Shown here in pieces: positions 12,771 to 26,885 of a DNA stretch of 64,000 nucleotides. How positions within the stretch are numbered: the first letter of the stretch is position 1; each line of letters starts with the position of its first letter. Origin of the DNA: Azolla caroliniana (taxonomy: Eukaryota; Plantae; Polypodiophyta); the NCBI GenBank assembly GCA_043228905.1, contig JBHGNT010000009.1:2046001-2110000 (forward strand), in the 5' to 3' direction. Position numbers and translations under genes: made by a program. The notes under the pieces are model-generated. The model was given only the letters and a program-made list of their open reading frames with translations. It was not told the DNA's origin and did no database searches.

Positions 12771-15700
12771 TGATAAAAGGCTTTGTTTTCCCTTCACGGC
12801 CCTTTGCTTAGAAGCTCAGTTTTTTTTTTTGAGTGTCCCCCCCCTTACCCCGCTCTTTAATGTGTTCCCTTTCGAGTCGTCATATGTCCTACATGTCGTT
12901 GGTTCCCTCGACAACGACCCCACGACAACCCCCCATCTAGTGATCTCTTGGTCACTTTTAAAAGTTTACATTGGTAGAGCCCCAATGTGTGTGTGTGTGT
13001 GTGTGTGTCCATATGTTAGTAGTAAATCTCAAGTGGGGTCTACTGCCTAACACTCTCTCCAAGTAACAATTTCCCTATCCGTGTCGTTCTTTGAATGTGT
13101 ACGAGATGGGGAATATATGCATATGCGTAGAGATTTGGTTTACCTCCCAATTGTTTGTAGCTATCTTTTGCGCCCCTAACTAGTGGGTGGGAAATGTGGG
13201 TAGGCTTCTAATTTCTCAAAGCGATTAAGGTGATTTCCTTACTTTTTTGTCAATGGTAAAACTGATCGAGATCTAGACATTGGTAGACGAACACTCACTT
13301 AAAAAATTTTAATCGCCTTTTTGTATATCTTCATTGAAATAATTAACCATGATGAATTACGATTGACGTAACAACTTGCATCCTTTTGAATGTAAGTAGA
13401 ATACATGTATTGAGCAAAACACTTTGTATAATTTCCATTTGACCATAGAATGTAGCTACCAACAAGGGAAAATTTTCATTTTCAGTGACGCGTCCAATAG
13501 AGATGGCATGATGCTCAAAGGATGCCAAACACGCACCAACATCTTGTGTTATTTCACCCGAAAACGCATAATACAATTTCATTGTAGCAAATTTTTATTT
13601 TTATTGTGGTTGATGTCATTGAGGTTGAGTTACCTTGCATATGTGTGTGCACATGCGCCATACACCTTTAAGGGGCAACCGTGTTGAGAATTTTGTAATG
13701 CTAATGTTAGACCATGAATTTAACAAGCTTCATGCTTCTAGAAGGAACCTTGATTTGTTATGTTCCCTAGTTGAAATACAAGGACAAGACTTCAAATCGA
13801 TCCCTTTTTCATCAAGAAAGACGTGTGTTTCCCACAGATGATGTTATATAATGTTTATCTCTTTTGGTCACTTGTTTCCAATGTCGCTTTCTCACATTAT
13901 AAGAAAGTTACCTTTTCAAAAGTGATGTACATTTCAAAAGAATGGAATGCAAAGTGTCATTCTTGGGTTTCCCAATTAACTAGGCTTCAATATGGGTAAA
14001 GAATGTCAACTTGTTACTTGTCCATTTAACATTGGAGGTGTGGTAAAGGCAAGGCGTCTTGAATTTATCTTTGATCACCTCGGGACAATACAAAAAAACC
14101 ATTGCGTATTGTGCACCTAACATCCCAATTTTGTAATGACATCAACGTTTGAATGGCATTTGCTGACAATTAAGTAAATCCATAAATAATGTGGTTATTC
14201 ACGCTAGCGCATTTTTGGGTATTGAAACGCGACAATAATCTATATATATCGATAATTAGTTCCATAAAGCATAGACGACTTAACTCTATAAGAAAAAAAA
14301 AATGTAGTAGAACGTTTGTGTTGTGTTCCTTTGAATTTGGAATACTAAAGCCGAAAATGTAGACCCCCAAATATTTAATAAACAAGGCTTTACTTTGTTT
14401 GATGTAGTTCCACCCACAACATGGGGGATGGCTCTCCTCCTCACAACACCTTGAAATTATACAACTTGTGTTGTCGCCCATGGATGAAGAATTTAGACCT
14501 CAAGAATGTATTGTTTCAATACTTTGATTTTAATGCTTTAATACATAATGCATCGATACTTGAATACTTTAATGTTTCAATTAGATTTCAAAATCAAGAG
14601 TACCACTTAATGATTCTTATTTTTCTCACCCAAAAAACTGGATTTGTTGTTGTTTTGAAAATTTGTCGACCACATTTTATATTGGTTGTGGCTAGACCTT
14701 GAGTTTGCAAAAAAATGGTCGTATTTGTATAATTCTCGGGATGTATATTGTGGACTTGTATGGTCCTTGATCATCATCATCTTCGAAAACAAAAGATCAC
14801 TAGCTTAATTGTAATGCATCCAGCTTGATCTTTCAATGGCATTAGATGGATATTGGTGATATTCATTATGCATTGTGTTTTTTTCTCCCCTTTAGGACTG
14901 TTTTAAAGAAGGGAGGGTACACCTACTCGAAGATCATGATCTCAATTGGTAATGTGTTACAAAAATGCAAAAACTTCGATGTTCATTGTTTATAATGTGT
15001 GATTCTTTTAAGTGTCATATATATAGCATTTTATGTTTTTCCTAAACATTGAGGTGTGTCTCACATTTTGTTACACCTTGAGATTATATGACCACCAAGT
15101 TAACATAAAATATATCCTCGATATAGCTCAATGGATCAATAAGAATAGACCAAATCTAGGGGGTGCCAAAAGGTTCAGCCACTTGACATACAACCTATCA
15201 TTGGATACCTCCGTGAATGACTTACAGAAGAAACTTATCACTGAAGTTGGACTTCAGCTCTAAATGGAACAAACTTTCCTCCAAAAATCACCCTTTAACA
15301 TTCTCTTAGAGTTGTGTTTGTCTTATTAGATGAAGAATAATTACTTGGGCATCAAACTGCTTAAAAGTGTGAAGATTTTAGAGAAATTGATAAGTAGCTT
15401 TCAAATAGTAGAAGTACCTACATGTGAGTGAGGTTGTGTGTGTGTCTGTGTGTGAAAGCCATAATTTGTAATGCAACAAACAAACTCATGAATAGATACA
15501 TAACAAGATCATGCATAACTTCTTAGTTGCACAATAATATCTCACTTTCTTTGACATTTGCTACCTTGTATCCAAAGCCAGATTGGGGCACTTACAAGGC
15601 CGTCGTACTTGATGAGAAAAATGCGGAATAATCTCCGGCCACAACCAAAGCGTAGATCACTTGATGACAATCAAACACAGAAGAAATGGGAATGGGGGTA

Positions 15701-15884
15701 AGTACACAAACAGAAAGAGAATACACAGGATGTTAACGTGGAAAACCCTGAGAGGGAAAAACCACGGGAGTCCATAGACTCCAAACTATCAGTATGTCAA
15801 GGAGTACAACAGGGAGCACAGAGGCAACGACCTCTTGCTCACAATCTTCGCCTAGCGGCAGTTACAACAGAGACACGATCTTTG

Positions 15885-15928
<44 letters not shown>

Positions 15929-16174
15929 GCACTGTACAGGAGTTACAACAATAACTCTATCATCGTCATTTTAGTTTGCCCTAGGTCATATTTATACTAA
16001 TATGACTTTCGGGCTATTTACAAATATAGCCCCAATGGGCTCTCTAGAACATATTTACATATATGTCAATTCCATCCGATGAGAGGTTCTCACCGGATCT
16101 TCCTTGCCGGGTACTCGTCATCCGGTTCTCACCGGTTCTGCATCATCCGGTTCTCACCGGGTCTTCCTTGTCGG

Positions 16175-19100
16175 TGTCGCGTTGTTACGCGTGTGCGTGG
16201 AGAACGAGGCGGGACCACGGGGGCCTTGGACTGAGAAATAACCGAATGAGAAGACGGGAAGGAAACTACCGATGTACTTCACACGCGCACAAACACACGG
16301 ATTCACAGGAGTTGCAACTAACTCTGAACAATGGAGACAGAACGAAAGTATAGGTATATACAAATCAAGGAGTTACAACCAGCAAGCCGATGAGTGATAG
16401 GTTCTGATGCCTGCACACACACACACACACACACACAACGCGAGATGGAGACTCTACCGGAAGCACTCGGTGTTCCGCGGAGCAGAGTCAACCTCCCGAA
16501 AACCTGCACAGAACGACTATGGAGAAGACAGAGGAGAAGAGCTCGGTTCCAGTCCGGCAGCACTTTGTCCTCCACAAAACGCGATACCCCCATTTTTTAC
16601 AATACCTCTCCCTCTCTTTTATAGCCCAAGGAGGGAGGCCGTTACCACCCATTACATCATGTTTATTCCCTGTCCTTTCGGACAAGGATATACCTCGATT
16701 TTCTCCCTAATGAATGCGTGCTACCTAGGATTTCACCTCAGCCAACTTGTACTGTCTACGTACTATACAACAAAACTTGTGCCCACGTGTAAGGGCCGGT
16801 TTACGCACCTTATACCCGATTTCCGCCTAGGGACAGTTTTCTCCACGACATCCGCGGTTGTGCATCCACCGGGATGAGCCAAAATTAGACTCTTGCCAGA
16901 GAAGACCGGCCCACGCTTATTCTTTGTCTTCCGGATCAACATCCGTTCCGAGCCGGTTGTTGTGGCTATCCAGGTCGTTCAGGTCCGGTTCAGCCTCGTG
17001 CCGCTTTTTGAATGCTTTGATCCTTTTCCCCGCCACCGGTACCGCCATCCTTGTCCCGTTGAGCTTCACGAGATGGTAGGTCCCATTGTCGTTGGCGTTT
17101 GTCACCACATAAAGCCCGAACCACCTTCTACAAACTTCCACATCGCCCTGTGCGTGGTTCGGTCCGCCCACAACGCATAGGGTAAGAGCCGCAGCCAGTT
17201 CCTGACTTGGCCTCCACACGCCCGTACTAACCCAGTTTCTCTTCTTCGGGTGCTTCCATATGCTCCCGTCCCGTAGGAAGAATCGGTACGCTTTCTTTTG
17301 AATCCGGTTGGTCTCTTCCTTCGTCCACGCCGCGTCCGATGTCATTGTCTTTAGGAACCCGCCGATCTGGAGCCACTCCCCGTCGTACTTGCTCTCGTCG
17401 AATTCGTTAAGTGCCGGAGTGCTCCCCTTTCTTGTTGTTACGTAAGTCGCCTCAAAGAAGTCCACGCCAACTTCCTCGTCCTCTGAAACCATGTTGTCCT
17501 CATCATCAAACCTCGCTCTCGAAAGCATGTCGGCCATGGCATTGTCCTGAGCATTGCCGGATTCATGGATTTCCGGATTCATGGACTTGATGTACGCTAT
17601 CCACCTGAGCATTGCCAGGTCCGGCGTCGCGCATCTGGAAACCATGCCGAGAATTGGCAGGCAGTCCGTCTCAATTATCACCTTTGTCCCGATCAAGTAG
17701 TCTTTATCGGCCTTGACCGCTGAAATGATACCCCAGAGTTCGCGTTTAACCTGGGCGTATCCTCGCTATCGTTCACTGAGGACTTTTGCACCAAACCGGA
17801 TGGGGAACCTCGCGCCATCGTCATCCTCTTGGTTGATCACCCATCTGATCTCGGTCGGACTCATGTCTACGGTCACGTAAATCGGAGTGTCTTTGCCGTA
17901 GACAACCTTTCGGATTGCCGGTGCCACGACAAGTGCTTATTTCATCTTTCGGACCGACTCCGTATGCTCATCTGTCCACCCAAATTTACGCCCTTTCTTC
18001 AGCAACCCATAGAGTGGCTCCGCGACATGGGCGTAATACGGGATCTAGATATGGTAGAACGCACATGCTCCCAGGAATCTCCGAACCTCCGTAACCGAAT
18101 TGCAGTCTTGCTTCATCGCGGAGATGGCATCCACCTTGGCCGGAGACGGTTTCCGACCGTATGGCCCGCATAGGTGTCCGACGACCATGATCTCCGATTG
18201 CCCGAAGGCCGATTTTTCCCCGGAGAAGGTGAGCCTCACGCATTCTAGTCTTTGCAGTACCTTCTCGCAGTCATCAACGTGAGCCGCCACGAATTTCCGA
18301 CATCCATCCGGTCTGATTGTCTCGTCCTTTTCCTCCACCGGGCATCCTTTGATCGGGATGTCGTCTAAGAATGGCATGGTGATGCCCGGGATACAATCCC
18401 TCAACACTTTGTTCATTGCGTTCACCATGTGGGCTACCGAGTTCGTCCCTCCTTGCGGGAGGGTACACATCCGCACTAGGCCGAGAGGAGTCCGCATCGT
18501 CGTAATGTCCCTGCCCTCCACGGCTAGTTGGAACTAATCGTACCCCGAGTACAGATCACCGACTGAGTAAATCGACCTTCCGGCGAAGGCCTCTACGAAC
18601 TCATCTATGGTCGGTCCGATTCCTGCGTTCCGAATGGTCACCTTGTTGATCGGCTGCAGGTCTTGAATAAAGAGCAATGTGCCGTTCTTCTTTGGCACGG
18701 TAAACCACCGATTCGAGTATGGGGCACTCGACGGTTCGAGGATGCCCATCTCCACCTTCTGTTTCAGCATCTCCATCAGTTTCAGGATGTGAGCTCTGGG
18801 TACTGGAATCGGCTTGAGATTCCACGGCACATGCAGTACCGTGAAGATCACATTGGTTCCACAACCGTCGGGTCTACGCACCCGATCTCCTCTGGTGAGA
18901 ATGCGAAAGCCTTCCCGTGCCTCCCGAGCATTCTCTGAAACCGGTCCTCTTCCACCGGCAGTAGAAAGCCACCCCCACCGATCTTGAGCTCCTGTAGCGT
19001 TATGTCGGTGAACTTGTGTCCTATGCTGGCCGGATCTCGCAAACTTGGGTTCGACGCGACCCCCTTTATCCGTAACTCGCTGCCCTCCGGCAAGGGTGCC

Positions 19101-22100
19101 GCGACTAGCCTCACCTTCCGGTCCACAGTCTTGTACTTCATATCCACTCGGGCCGTCCGATCCGACTTGAGTCCCTTACCGAAGTCGGTGATGACTTCGT
19201 ACATGCTTTCTAAACTTACCGAAATCGTTTGGTCCTCATTAAGGCCTTCTCCGAACACCTCCCGTAACTTCCCTAAGGTGTCATCGAAAGAGACCGCCTC
19301 CAAGGCTCCGTTGATTTCCTCTTCAGGGCTGAGGATTCTGCATGCCCGAAGTCGCTCCTCCGCCCGCTTCTTTTCCCGGCCAACTACGCCGGCTATCGTA
19401 CAACCTCCGCTATCGGAGAACCAAAATTTCCTACTTATGGTACAAGTCTTTTTGCCTATAGTACATCTGTGGGGTTTTTCCGGGGTGTCCGGACTATCGC
19501 GGCCCCACGCCTTGATTGCCCTCTCTAAAAATCCCCTTGGTTTTCGCCACCGAGGGTCTCGCGGTTACGCTCATGGTTCGGTCGCATCGTCAAGAACTGG
19601 ACCGAGTGACGCCCATCCTAGCTCTTGACTCGTGCATATGCCGAACCGTTGTCCAGCACCTTTGTCTCCATCCGTGCTGCCATGATGTACGGTTCCCCGA
19701 GTATAACCGGATGCGAGGACGTCTCCTACACGAAGAAGTGTTGATCAATCTCGACATCGCCGATTTTCACTCGTACATTCGGGTAGGCTCCATGCAGCTC
19801 TTTCGTGGCGCGCGTTGCTGCCCGTATTTTCCACCCGTGCTTGGTGTTGATCGGCCATTTCCCCTTCTTGTAGAAGTCTGTGGACATCAAGTTGATTTCT
19901 GAACCGTGGTCCACCAACGCCACCACTGGCTCCTGAACATCTCCGATCTTAACGGGGGTCTCCGTGGTTGCTCTGGCCCAATGTGGCCTTGAATAATGGC
20001 TCTCCTCCAACTCTTCTTCTAGAGCCATGTCTTCTAGGTGCGTCATTCGCACCTCCATCGACTTCTCCGGCTCCGGCTCTATCGAAAGCCTTTTCCACTT
20101 CACCAAGTCCACAATGGAGTCGTGGAACTCCTTCTTGGCGATTCCGAGCACTTCCCTCAGTGACAGCTCCACTTTGTTGTCGAGGATACGTTCCTCGAGG
20201 ACCTTTCGCAGGTTCGTGATCCTCTCGATCTCCATGCTCAATCGGTACCCGGCCCTCTTGGCTTTATCTGTTGCGTCGGTCGCACCGGCATCATTCTGCT
20301 TTTGCCCGAACCGTTTCCCATACCGTTGTGAGGGTCCGGCCCCCACGGTCTTACCCACACGCTTGTCCTCCACCAGAACCTCGTAGTTTTGGCAAGCGGC
20401 TTCAACGAAGCCCGTCTTCTCTTCGACTGGGTCACTCCACTCGGTTGCCTCCCGGACCCGTCTTTCCGCGTGGTCCGCTTCCTCTTTCCTCATTTGTACG
20501 ACGGCAAGGGCCAGAATCCGGCTTCCTTCGTCTTCCGGACTTCATCGCTTCCGACCCGGATTCCAGCCGACGCCGAGTAGTGGACGGTCTCCGCGTGGCG
20601 AGCCGCCGCTTCTTCCATCAGCCGTTTCATACCTCCTCGTCCGACATTCAGATCCAGGGCCCTTCGGGTCTCGCTAGCGTGCACCCGACAATTCCATAGG
20701 TACACCACGTTAGCTCTTATCGCTTCGACGAAGTCTCCGCAATCCTTTCGGGCGTGACCACAAGCACCGGTTCCCAACCGGAGGCCTTCGGTCACAGACT
20801 TGTTCGCCGTCGTCCCTCCGTGCTTGTGCAATCTGGAGGTCCCTCACCATTTGAGTCAGCTCCTCCAGAGCCACTCCTCCGGACGAGCCTTTGACCATGC
20901 TGGTCGAAGTTGAGCCGGTCTCGAGCCAGTCTCAGGTCTCTTCCCTTCGCGCCAGTGGGGGTACCTCGACCTTCCTTATCGCAACAAAACCCGCCCCCGT
21001 CAAGCCTTTATCGACCCACTCACGCCGTTTGTCAAAACGGCCGCAAACTCTCTTTACCACGACCTAGTCAGTTGTTAGGTCATCATCGGTCTCCAGTAGG
21101 AAGCCCACTTGCTCCCGATCCCTTACGTACACCGATCTAACGAACAATAGGACACGACTTGTGTCCAGTACGGTCCGGTCCAGCGCTGAAAGACGTGCAA
21201 AGCGTTCTTCAAACTCCCGAAGGAGCACCAACGCATTTCTCCCCTTTTCGGGGGTCTCCACCCATTCCATGAAGTCCCGCTTCGATAGCCGAAGCGCGTC
21301 ATCAAGCCCGCATTTTTCAAGGAGCCGACCTTCAAACTCTTCTCAGGTCAGACTCTCAGCCCGTACCTCAAGCACCTCCGCGTGGATGCCCGACATCGCC
21401 ACCCGAGGGAATCCGGTCAGTCGCCTGTCCTCCGGGATGTCCTTCATCACCATTTCGGCTCGGTAAGCCTCCAGGTGGCTCGTGGCGTCCTTCCCACCGA
21501 ACTGGCCTATCGTGCCGACGACTGCTTCAATAGCCCTATCGAGGGCACCTGTGCCTTCGCGCGCACTCACTATCTGATCCACAACCGAAGCCATGACTTC
21601 TGCAAGATCTAACCCTCTCATCTTTCTATTCCTCTACCGCCTGTTCACGTCGGGTTCACCAAATATGTCGTGTTGTTACGCACGTGCGTGGAGAACGAGG
21701 CGGGACCACGGGGGTCTTGGACCGAGAAATAACCAAATGAGAAGAGGGGAAGGAAACTACCGATGTACTTCACACTCGCACAGACACACAGATTCACAGG
21801 AGTTGCAACTAACTCTGAACAATGGAGACAGAACGAATGTATAGGTATATACAAATCAAGGAGTTACAACCGGTAAGCCGGCGAGCGATAGGCTCCGACG
21901 CCTACACACATACACACACACACAACGCGAGATGGAGACTCTACCGGAAGCACTCGGCGTTCCGCGGAGCAGAGTCAGCCTCCCGAAAACCTGCACAGAA
22001 CGACTATGGAGAAGACAGAGGAGAAGAGCTCGGTTCTAGTCCGGCAGCACTTCGTCCTCCACAAAACGCGATACCATCCTTTTTGACAATACCTCTCCCT

Positions 22101-22340
22101 CTCTCTTTTATAGCCCAAGGAGGGAGGCCGTTACCACCCGTTACATCATGTTTATTCCCTGTCCTTTCGGATAGGGATACGCCTCGATTTTCTCCCTAAT
22201 GAATGCGTGCTACCTAGGATTTCACCTCAGCCGACTTGTACCTATCTACGCACTATACAACAAAACTTGTGCCCATGTGTAAGGGCCGGTTTACGCATGT
22301 TATACCCGGTTTCCGTCTAGGGACGGTTTTCTCCACGACA
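16175..22340 (-). mobile_element. Ty3/Gypsy LTR retrotransposon, degenerate, integrase core deleted
   Basis: LTRs 16175-16850 and 21666-22340 (TGTCG...CGACA). PBS TGGTGAACCCGACGTGAA at 21661-21644 matches the plant tRNA-Trp 3' end. 4-bp TSD TCGG/CCGG. Domain order gag-PR-RT-RNaseH on the minus strand. Confidence 0.93.
16917..21621 (-). pseudogene. Gypsy gag-pol with stops and frameshifts
   Basis: PR VVALVDHGSEINLMS; RT PYSNRWFTVPKKNG..FIQDLQPINKVTIRNAG, GDLYSGYD, LPQGGTNS, PFLDDIPIKG; RNaseH IETDCLP, NAMADMLSR; integrase C-terminus RWFGLYVV. Confidence 0.92.
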
Positions 22341-22540
22341 CCGGGTACTCGTCATCCGGTTCTCACCGGGTCTTCCGTTGCCGGGTACTCCACATCCGGT
22401 TCTCACCGGGTCTTCAGTTGCCAGGTACTCCACATCCGGTTCTCACCGGGTCTTCCGTTGCCGGGTACTCCACATCCGGTTCTCACCGGGTCTTCCGATG
22501 CCGGGTACTCACATCCAGTTCTCACTGGGTCTTCCGATGT
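22341..22540. repeat. 40-bp tandem repeat (CATCCGGTTCTCACCGGGTCTTCCGTTGCCGGGTACTCCA) in the Copia-like solo LTR
   Basis: Units start at 22353, 22393, 22433, 22473, 22512; more degenerate units at ~16100-16174. Confidence 0.9.
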
Positions 22541-24919
22541 CGGGCCTTCGTATCCCATCCGGAGGGACCGAGATCCTAACAGTACTTACAATACCCTATG
22601 GGCAATGTAGAGGTGTAGATATTTCCTAATGCATTAACCTAATAGCTATTAAAAGTTCCTAAATGCGAAATTGGTCTAGTCTGTTCAAAGTCACCTCCTA
22701 TGGTCGTAAGTCTTTTACTCCTTGCAATCCTATCAAGGAAACCTGTATCATTTGGTATTGGAGCATAGTTAGCTACACCCGAGTATTGATAGAGGCTCAA
22801 GCTAGGGTGAAGACATCTCCTACCCACATGAGGAAATCCCAAGTGAGTGAGAAAATTTGTGGAGAACAAGTCCACATCCCTTTCCTATGAAAACCCCTAA
22901 AGAGTTACATAAATTGCTTCAAGATGCATCTTGGATAGTTAGACAAAATAACTTAGTTTATCATGAACGAAAATTCATGCTTGTTAACCTATCAAACATG
23001 GTAGAATTACTCATACTAAATGCTCAAATTTGGTATGATATGTTACAAAGAGTCACACGAGAACTACAAGGCTCGTATAGTGAACCTATAATTATGATCT
23101 CCGATAACTTAGAAATCCTCGATAACCTATTCACAATTAAATTCTTCACAATGCTTACCATATTACACATTGCAAGAGAATGTGTAGTACCTACCATAAG
23201 CTATTACAGTTGGGACAAATGGGTGAACTCAAGGATGATCCCACCCAACATTATGTTGTGTACATTGGATGAATAGACATATGACCCATTGGGGAAGGTG
23301 GAAAACTATGTTTTTGAAATATATGGTATGGAAACATTCTGTTACCTGTGTGGGCACGCAATCTTCTAACCAAGCAACCTATGACTAACTCCTAGAATGA
23401 CTATTTCTCTTGCTCGCCGTCTCTTGCTATCCTTCTTGGGCAACTCCTACTTGACAAGTGCCAAAGAAGTGCTTGCTTTTTTTATTCTTTCCCCAAACTT
23501 TCTCTTTTCAATTACCCAAAGGATTTTGTCGTTCACATAATAGAATTATCCAAAGGTTTTCTTAAACTTAGTGCAAAAGAATGTGCCTTCACGTAGTTTT
23601 GTCTCTACGATTGCGAGCGCCGCACGACAATTGGGCATGAGATTCTCAAAATGTGGAATTTGTGTATGTATTGGATCTTATTACTCAACAATTTTTCCTT
23701 ATATTCTAAAATTCGCTCCAATACTCAAAATATTTAGGCAAGAATTTCCCCATGATTCTGAACAATTCAATTGTGTCATGTGTTGATCACCCAAAAGTGT
23801 GGGTATGAATCCCTCCTCCCACAGAAATTACAACAATTTTATGTGTAGTTTCTTGCATGATGCTTAGATTTTTGAGCTGAAAATTATGCCATGTTCACAT
23901 TTTTAAAGTTTCTTTCAAAATAGATCATTATTTAAAATATTAGGGTGTTTATATTTCTTGTAGACTATATCAAATTTGTCGAAGGGGTATAAAACACCAA
24001 AGGCCAATCAAGTTTTTGTTGTAGATAACCTTGTTACATGCAGTAAGAGAGACTAAGATAAAGAAAGATGTAAAATATAAACAGTGGGGAAGGGGGATTC
24101 TTGAATTTTGGCTTCCCACACATCCACATGCTTCCCTACCCCATAGTAATTCATATGTCAATGAATCCATGCCCACGAATACCAAATTCTATGCATCCAA
24201 CAATGATCTATCATGCTCATTTTATAGTATTTTTGGAGCTCTCTTATTGGATAAAAATCTAGTACTACTTTTATCATGCCCTTGATGTTATCCTTGGCTG
24301 GTTACTTGATGCTAGCAAAAAGTTAGTTAATGTATCCATATATACTAGTTGCATCATTGCCGACGCTTGCACGTTGTAGCTTAGCTCTTCCCATATATCA
24401 CCCAGTTTGCACCCTTGACCATATTCTTCAAGTGTTTAGCTCCTAATCTTTATCCCCACCCCTCCCAACCTTTTCCTTCAAAATATTGATGTTCAAATAT
24501 ATTTCTTCCTTTGCACATGTTGCATCACGACATGGATTAAGCTCCCAAGACCTAATGAAAAACATCGTTTAGCTAACAATTGTTTGTCTAGGATCACGCA
24601 AGCATGAAATCCAAACAAGTATGTTGAGGGATACAATCAAGGTACAACAACCATTGAGTACAAAAACATCGCTAGAAACACAACTAAGGCATACAAAAAC
24701 AATAACGAGTATCTCATGAATGGACTAGGGCCTATCTCACAAGTATCTTTCGTTAGCATTAGGTAACTCTTATAACCTTTTATTTATCCTTCAATATTAG
24801 CTTAACGTTATCTTCCAATGATTTATCATTATTGTTGGTCCAATGATTTAGGTAATTTAAAGTTGAACGATGGGATAAAGACCCAAGTTGTTGCCTGCTA
24901 GTGCTAATCGTGGTACTCC

Positions 24920-25500
24920 AATTCCTCTTTTGAACTCCTCTTGTTTGTACACTCCTAGAGCCTTTGTAAACACATCTATGTTTTGTTATCTTGTGTTTAC
25001 ATGGAAAAGATTAATGTCATTGACAAGAACCCGTTATAGGATGAAGCAATAATGCATTTCTTTGTGCTTTGTGTGCACATGAAACATGGGGTTCTAAATG
25101 AACCGAATACTATTCATGAAGTTGCCATGCTTGGCTCTTTGATCCCTAGATCATGTTGAAGTTGTGTCAGCCAAATGACTTCACAGGCAACTACTGCCAC
25201 ACCTCTATACTTCACATTTGTGCTAGAGAGTTCTTTCTACTCCATGTAATCCCCCCACATAGCTTAGATTTGGATGGGTGATCATGAGGTCGATTAATGT
25301 GCCCACAACCTTTCTTTACATGGTCCAATCCACTAACCTTGATCCATCATCCACTCAGATCTTCACGTTTTGCTCTAGAGGGGCGGATATCCCTTTGCAA
25401 TCCACCATGCCAAAATTCATAAGCAATTTCTCGACATATTGATATTGCGAAAGTCATACTACAATATCCCTAAAAAGTAATGCAACTCTCCTACATCCTT
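24920..25500 (-). pseudogene. Decayed Ty1/Copia RT-RNaseH remnant
   Basis: Minus-strand fragments LSSTNVKYRGVAVVACEVIWL, FHVHTKHKEMHYCFI, DVFTKAL. A ~70-bp direct repeat (~24816-24884, ~25717-25796) flanks it. Confidence 0.7.
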
Positions 25501-26835
25501 TAGTATTATCTTAAAGCTATCTTCCTTTCTTTTTCGGAAGACGATTGCACATGCTACATCACAATCCCTCTCCACTTGACTGATATAACCCCTATTGCCA
25601 TTAATCTTCTTCTACCTCTAGAAGTCGTAGTGGAACCAAACTTGCTAAATATTGGTAGACTTGCCTTAAATTGATTTGCAATTGGAAAAGAAAAAATTAC
25701 TTTAAGATATCATATGAATGATTTAGGATTATCATAATTGTTGCTCCAATGATGAATGAATAGGTAATTTAATGTTGAACAATGGGATAAAGACCCTTGA
25801 GGACATGTATAAAAGCACCCCAAAGGTTGAAGTACACAATTGTAACAAAAACAATAAAGTTTTGACTATACAAAGTTGTTAACATCTTAATATAAGATGG
25901 ATGTGTAATATAGATCTCTTCTTGTCTCTATTGTATATTTGTGTGTGAGTTTTGATTAATTTGGTGAAAGTAATCAAGTTTTAGATAAATGCAAGAAGTG
26001 GGGGCTTTTGATATTCAACATGATCGTTGATGAAGGGTATGATGATTATGTTTTCATGTATGAGTTCTTTGTAGCCTTTGGGCATCTTTTTGTTAATACT
26101 AACGTGAATCTTTAAAAAAAAAGGGTATGAGGTAAAAGGACAAAAACCAATGATGTTTAAGGTAGAATGTTTCTTACGGGATCCTCTCTCCTTGTTAAAT
26201 TGTTGTTGTGTGTGTGTGTTAATAGACACACATATATATTGTATAAGCTATTTATGTCAATAGTCAAAAAGGTTAAGTTAACCCTAAAATGTAGCTTTGA
26301 TATGTATAGTAGTAAAGATTAAGGCTCATCATAAATGCTCAACTAAGATCTGATACCAAATATTATGATTGTGGGGAGTAGGATCAACTATAGTATTAGT
26401 GTGAAATCAAATATCAACCTATATGTGATAAAATCAAAGCAAAATGGAAGCACAAACAAGGAGAGTGAGTATAGTTTGATGTTTATTTATGTGCTAACAC
26501 TCCAACTAATCTTGCTCTCCACAATCACAACCTTTGGTATCAAGGCATGGGAGACCAACATGATATGAGACACGATAATCTAATAGTTTATGTATGGTTA
26601 GTCTAATGTTAAAAGAGTAGTCACGAGGTGACTTGTATGCATGTCTTCCATAGAGAGGTGCAAGATGACACAGATTCACATACTTGGTGATATAATAGGA
26701 GGTTCCCACCCTAGTTGTCCACAAGGAGAATCTGTATAACAACAATTATTGGGTGGATTATATTCTATCTACTATTATCTTCGCTCTTCCAATTCTCACT
26801 TTGGTTCGTGCTCGTTTGTTTTGGAGGAGCTTCCA

Positions 26836-26880
<45 letters not shown>

Positions 26881-26885
<5 letters not shown>

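Larger units (their letters stand above)
15610..22581. mobile_element. Solo LTR (~800 bp, Copia-like) interrupted by a Gypsy insertion
   Basis: Starts TG at 15610, ends CA at 22581, 5-bp TSD GTACT (15605-15609, 22582-22586). Contains TTAACGTGGAAAACC...GAAAAACCACGG, a motif common in Copia LTRs, and a 40-bp tandem repeat present on both sides of the insertion (~16100-16174, 22341-22540). Confidence 0.8.

Noticed and set aside
13100-15300. Possible decayed DNA-transposon coding region
   Set aside because: No recognisable transposase motif or termini by eye.
18984-19628. 214-aa plus-strand ORF within the Gypsy
   Set aside because: Antisense shadow of GC-rich pol; no motif.
22620-23400. Possible old Gypsy gag/protease remnant (ORF 22857-23276)
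   Set aside because: Too degenerate to assign a domain.
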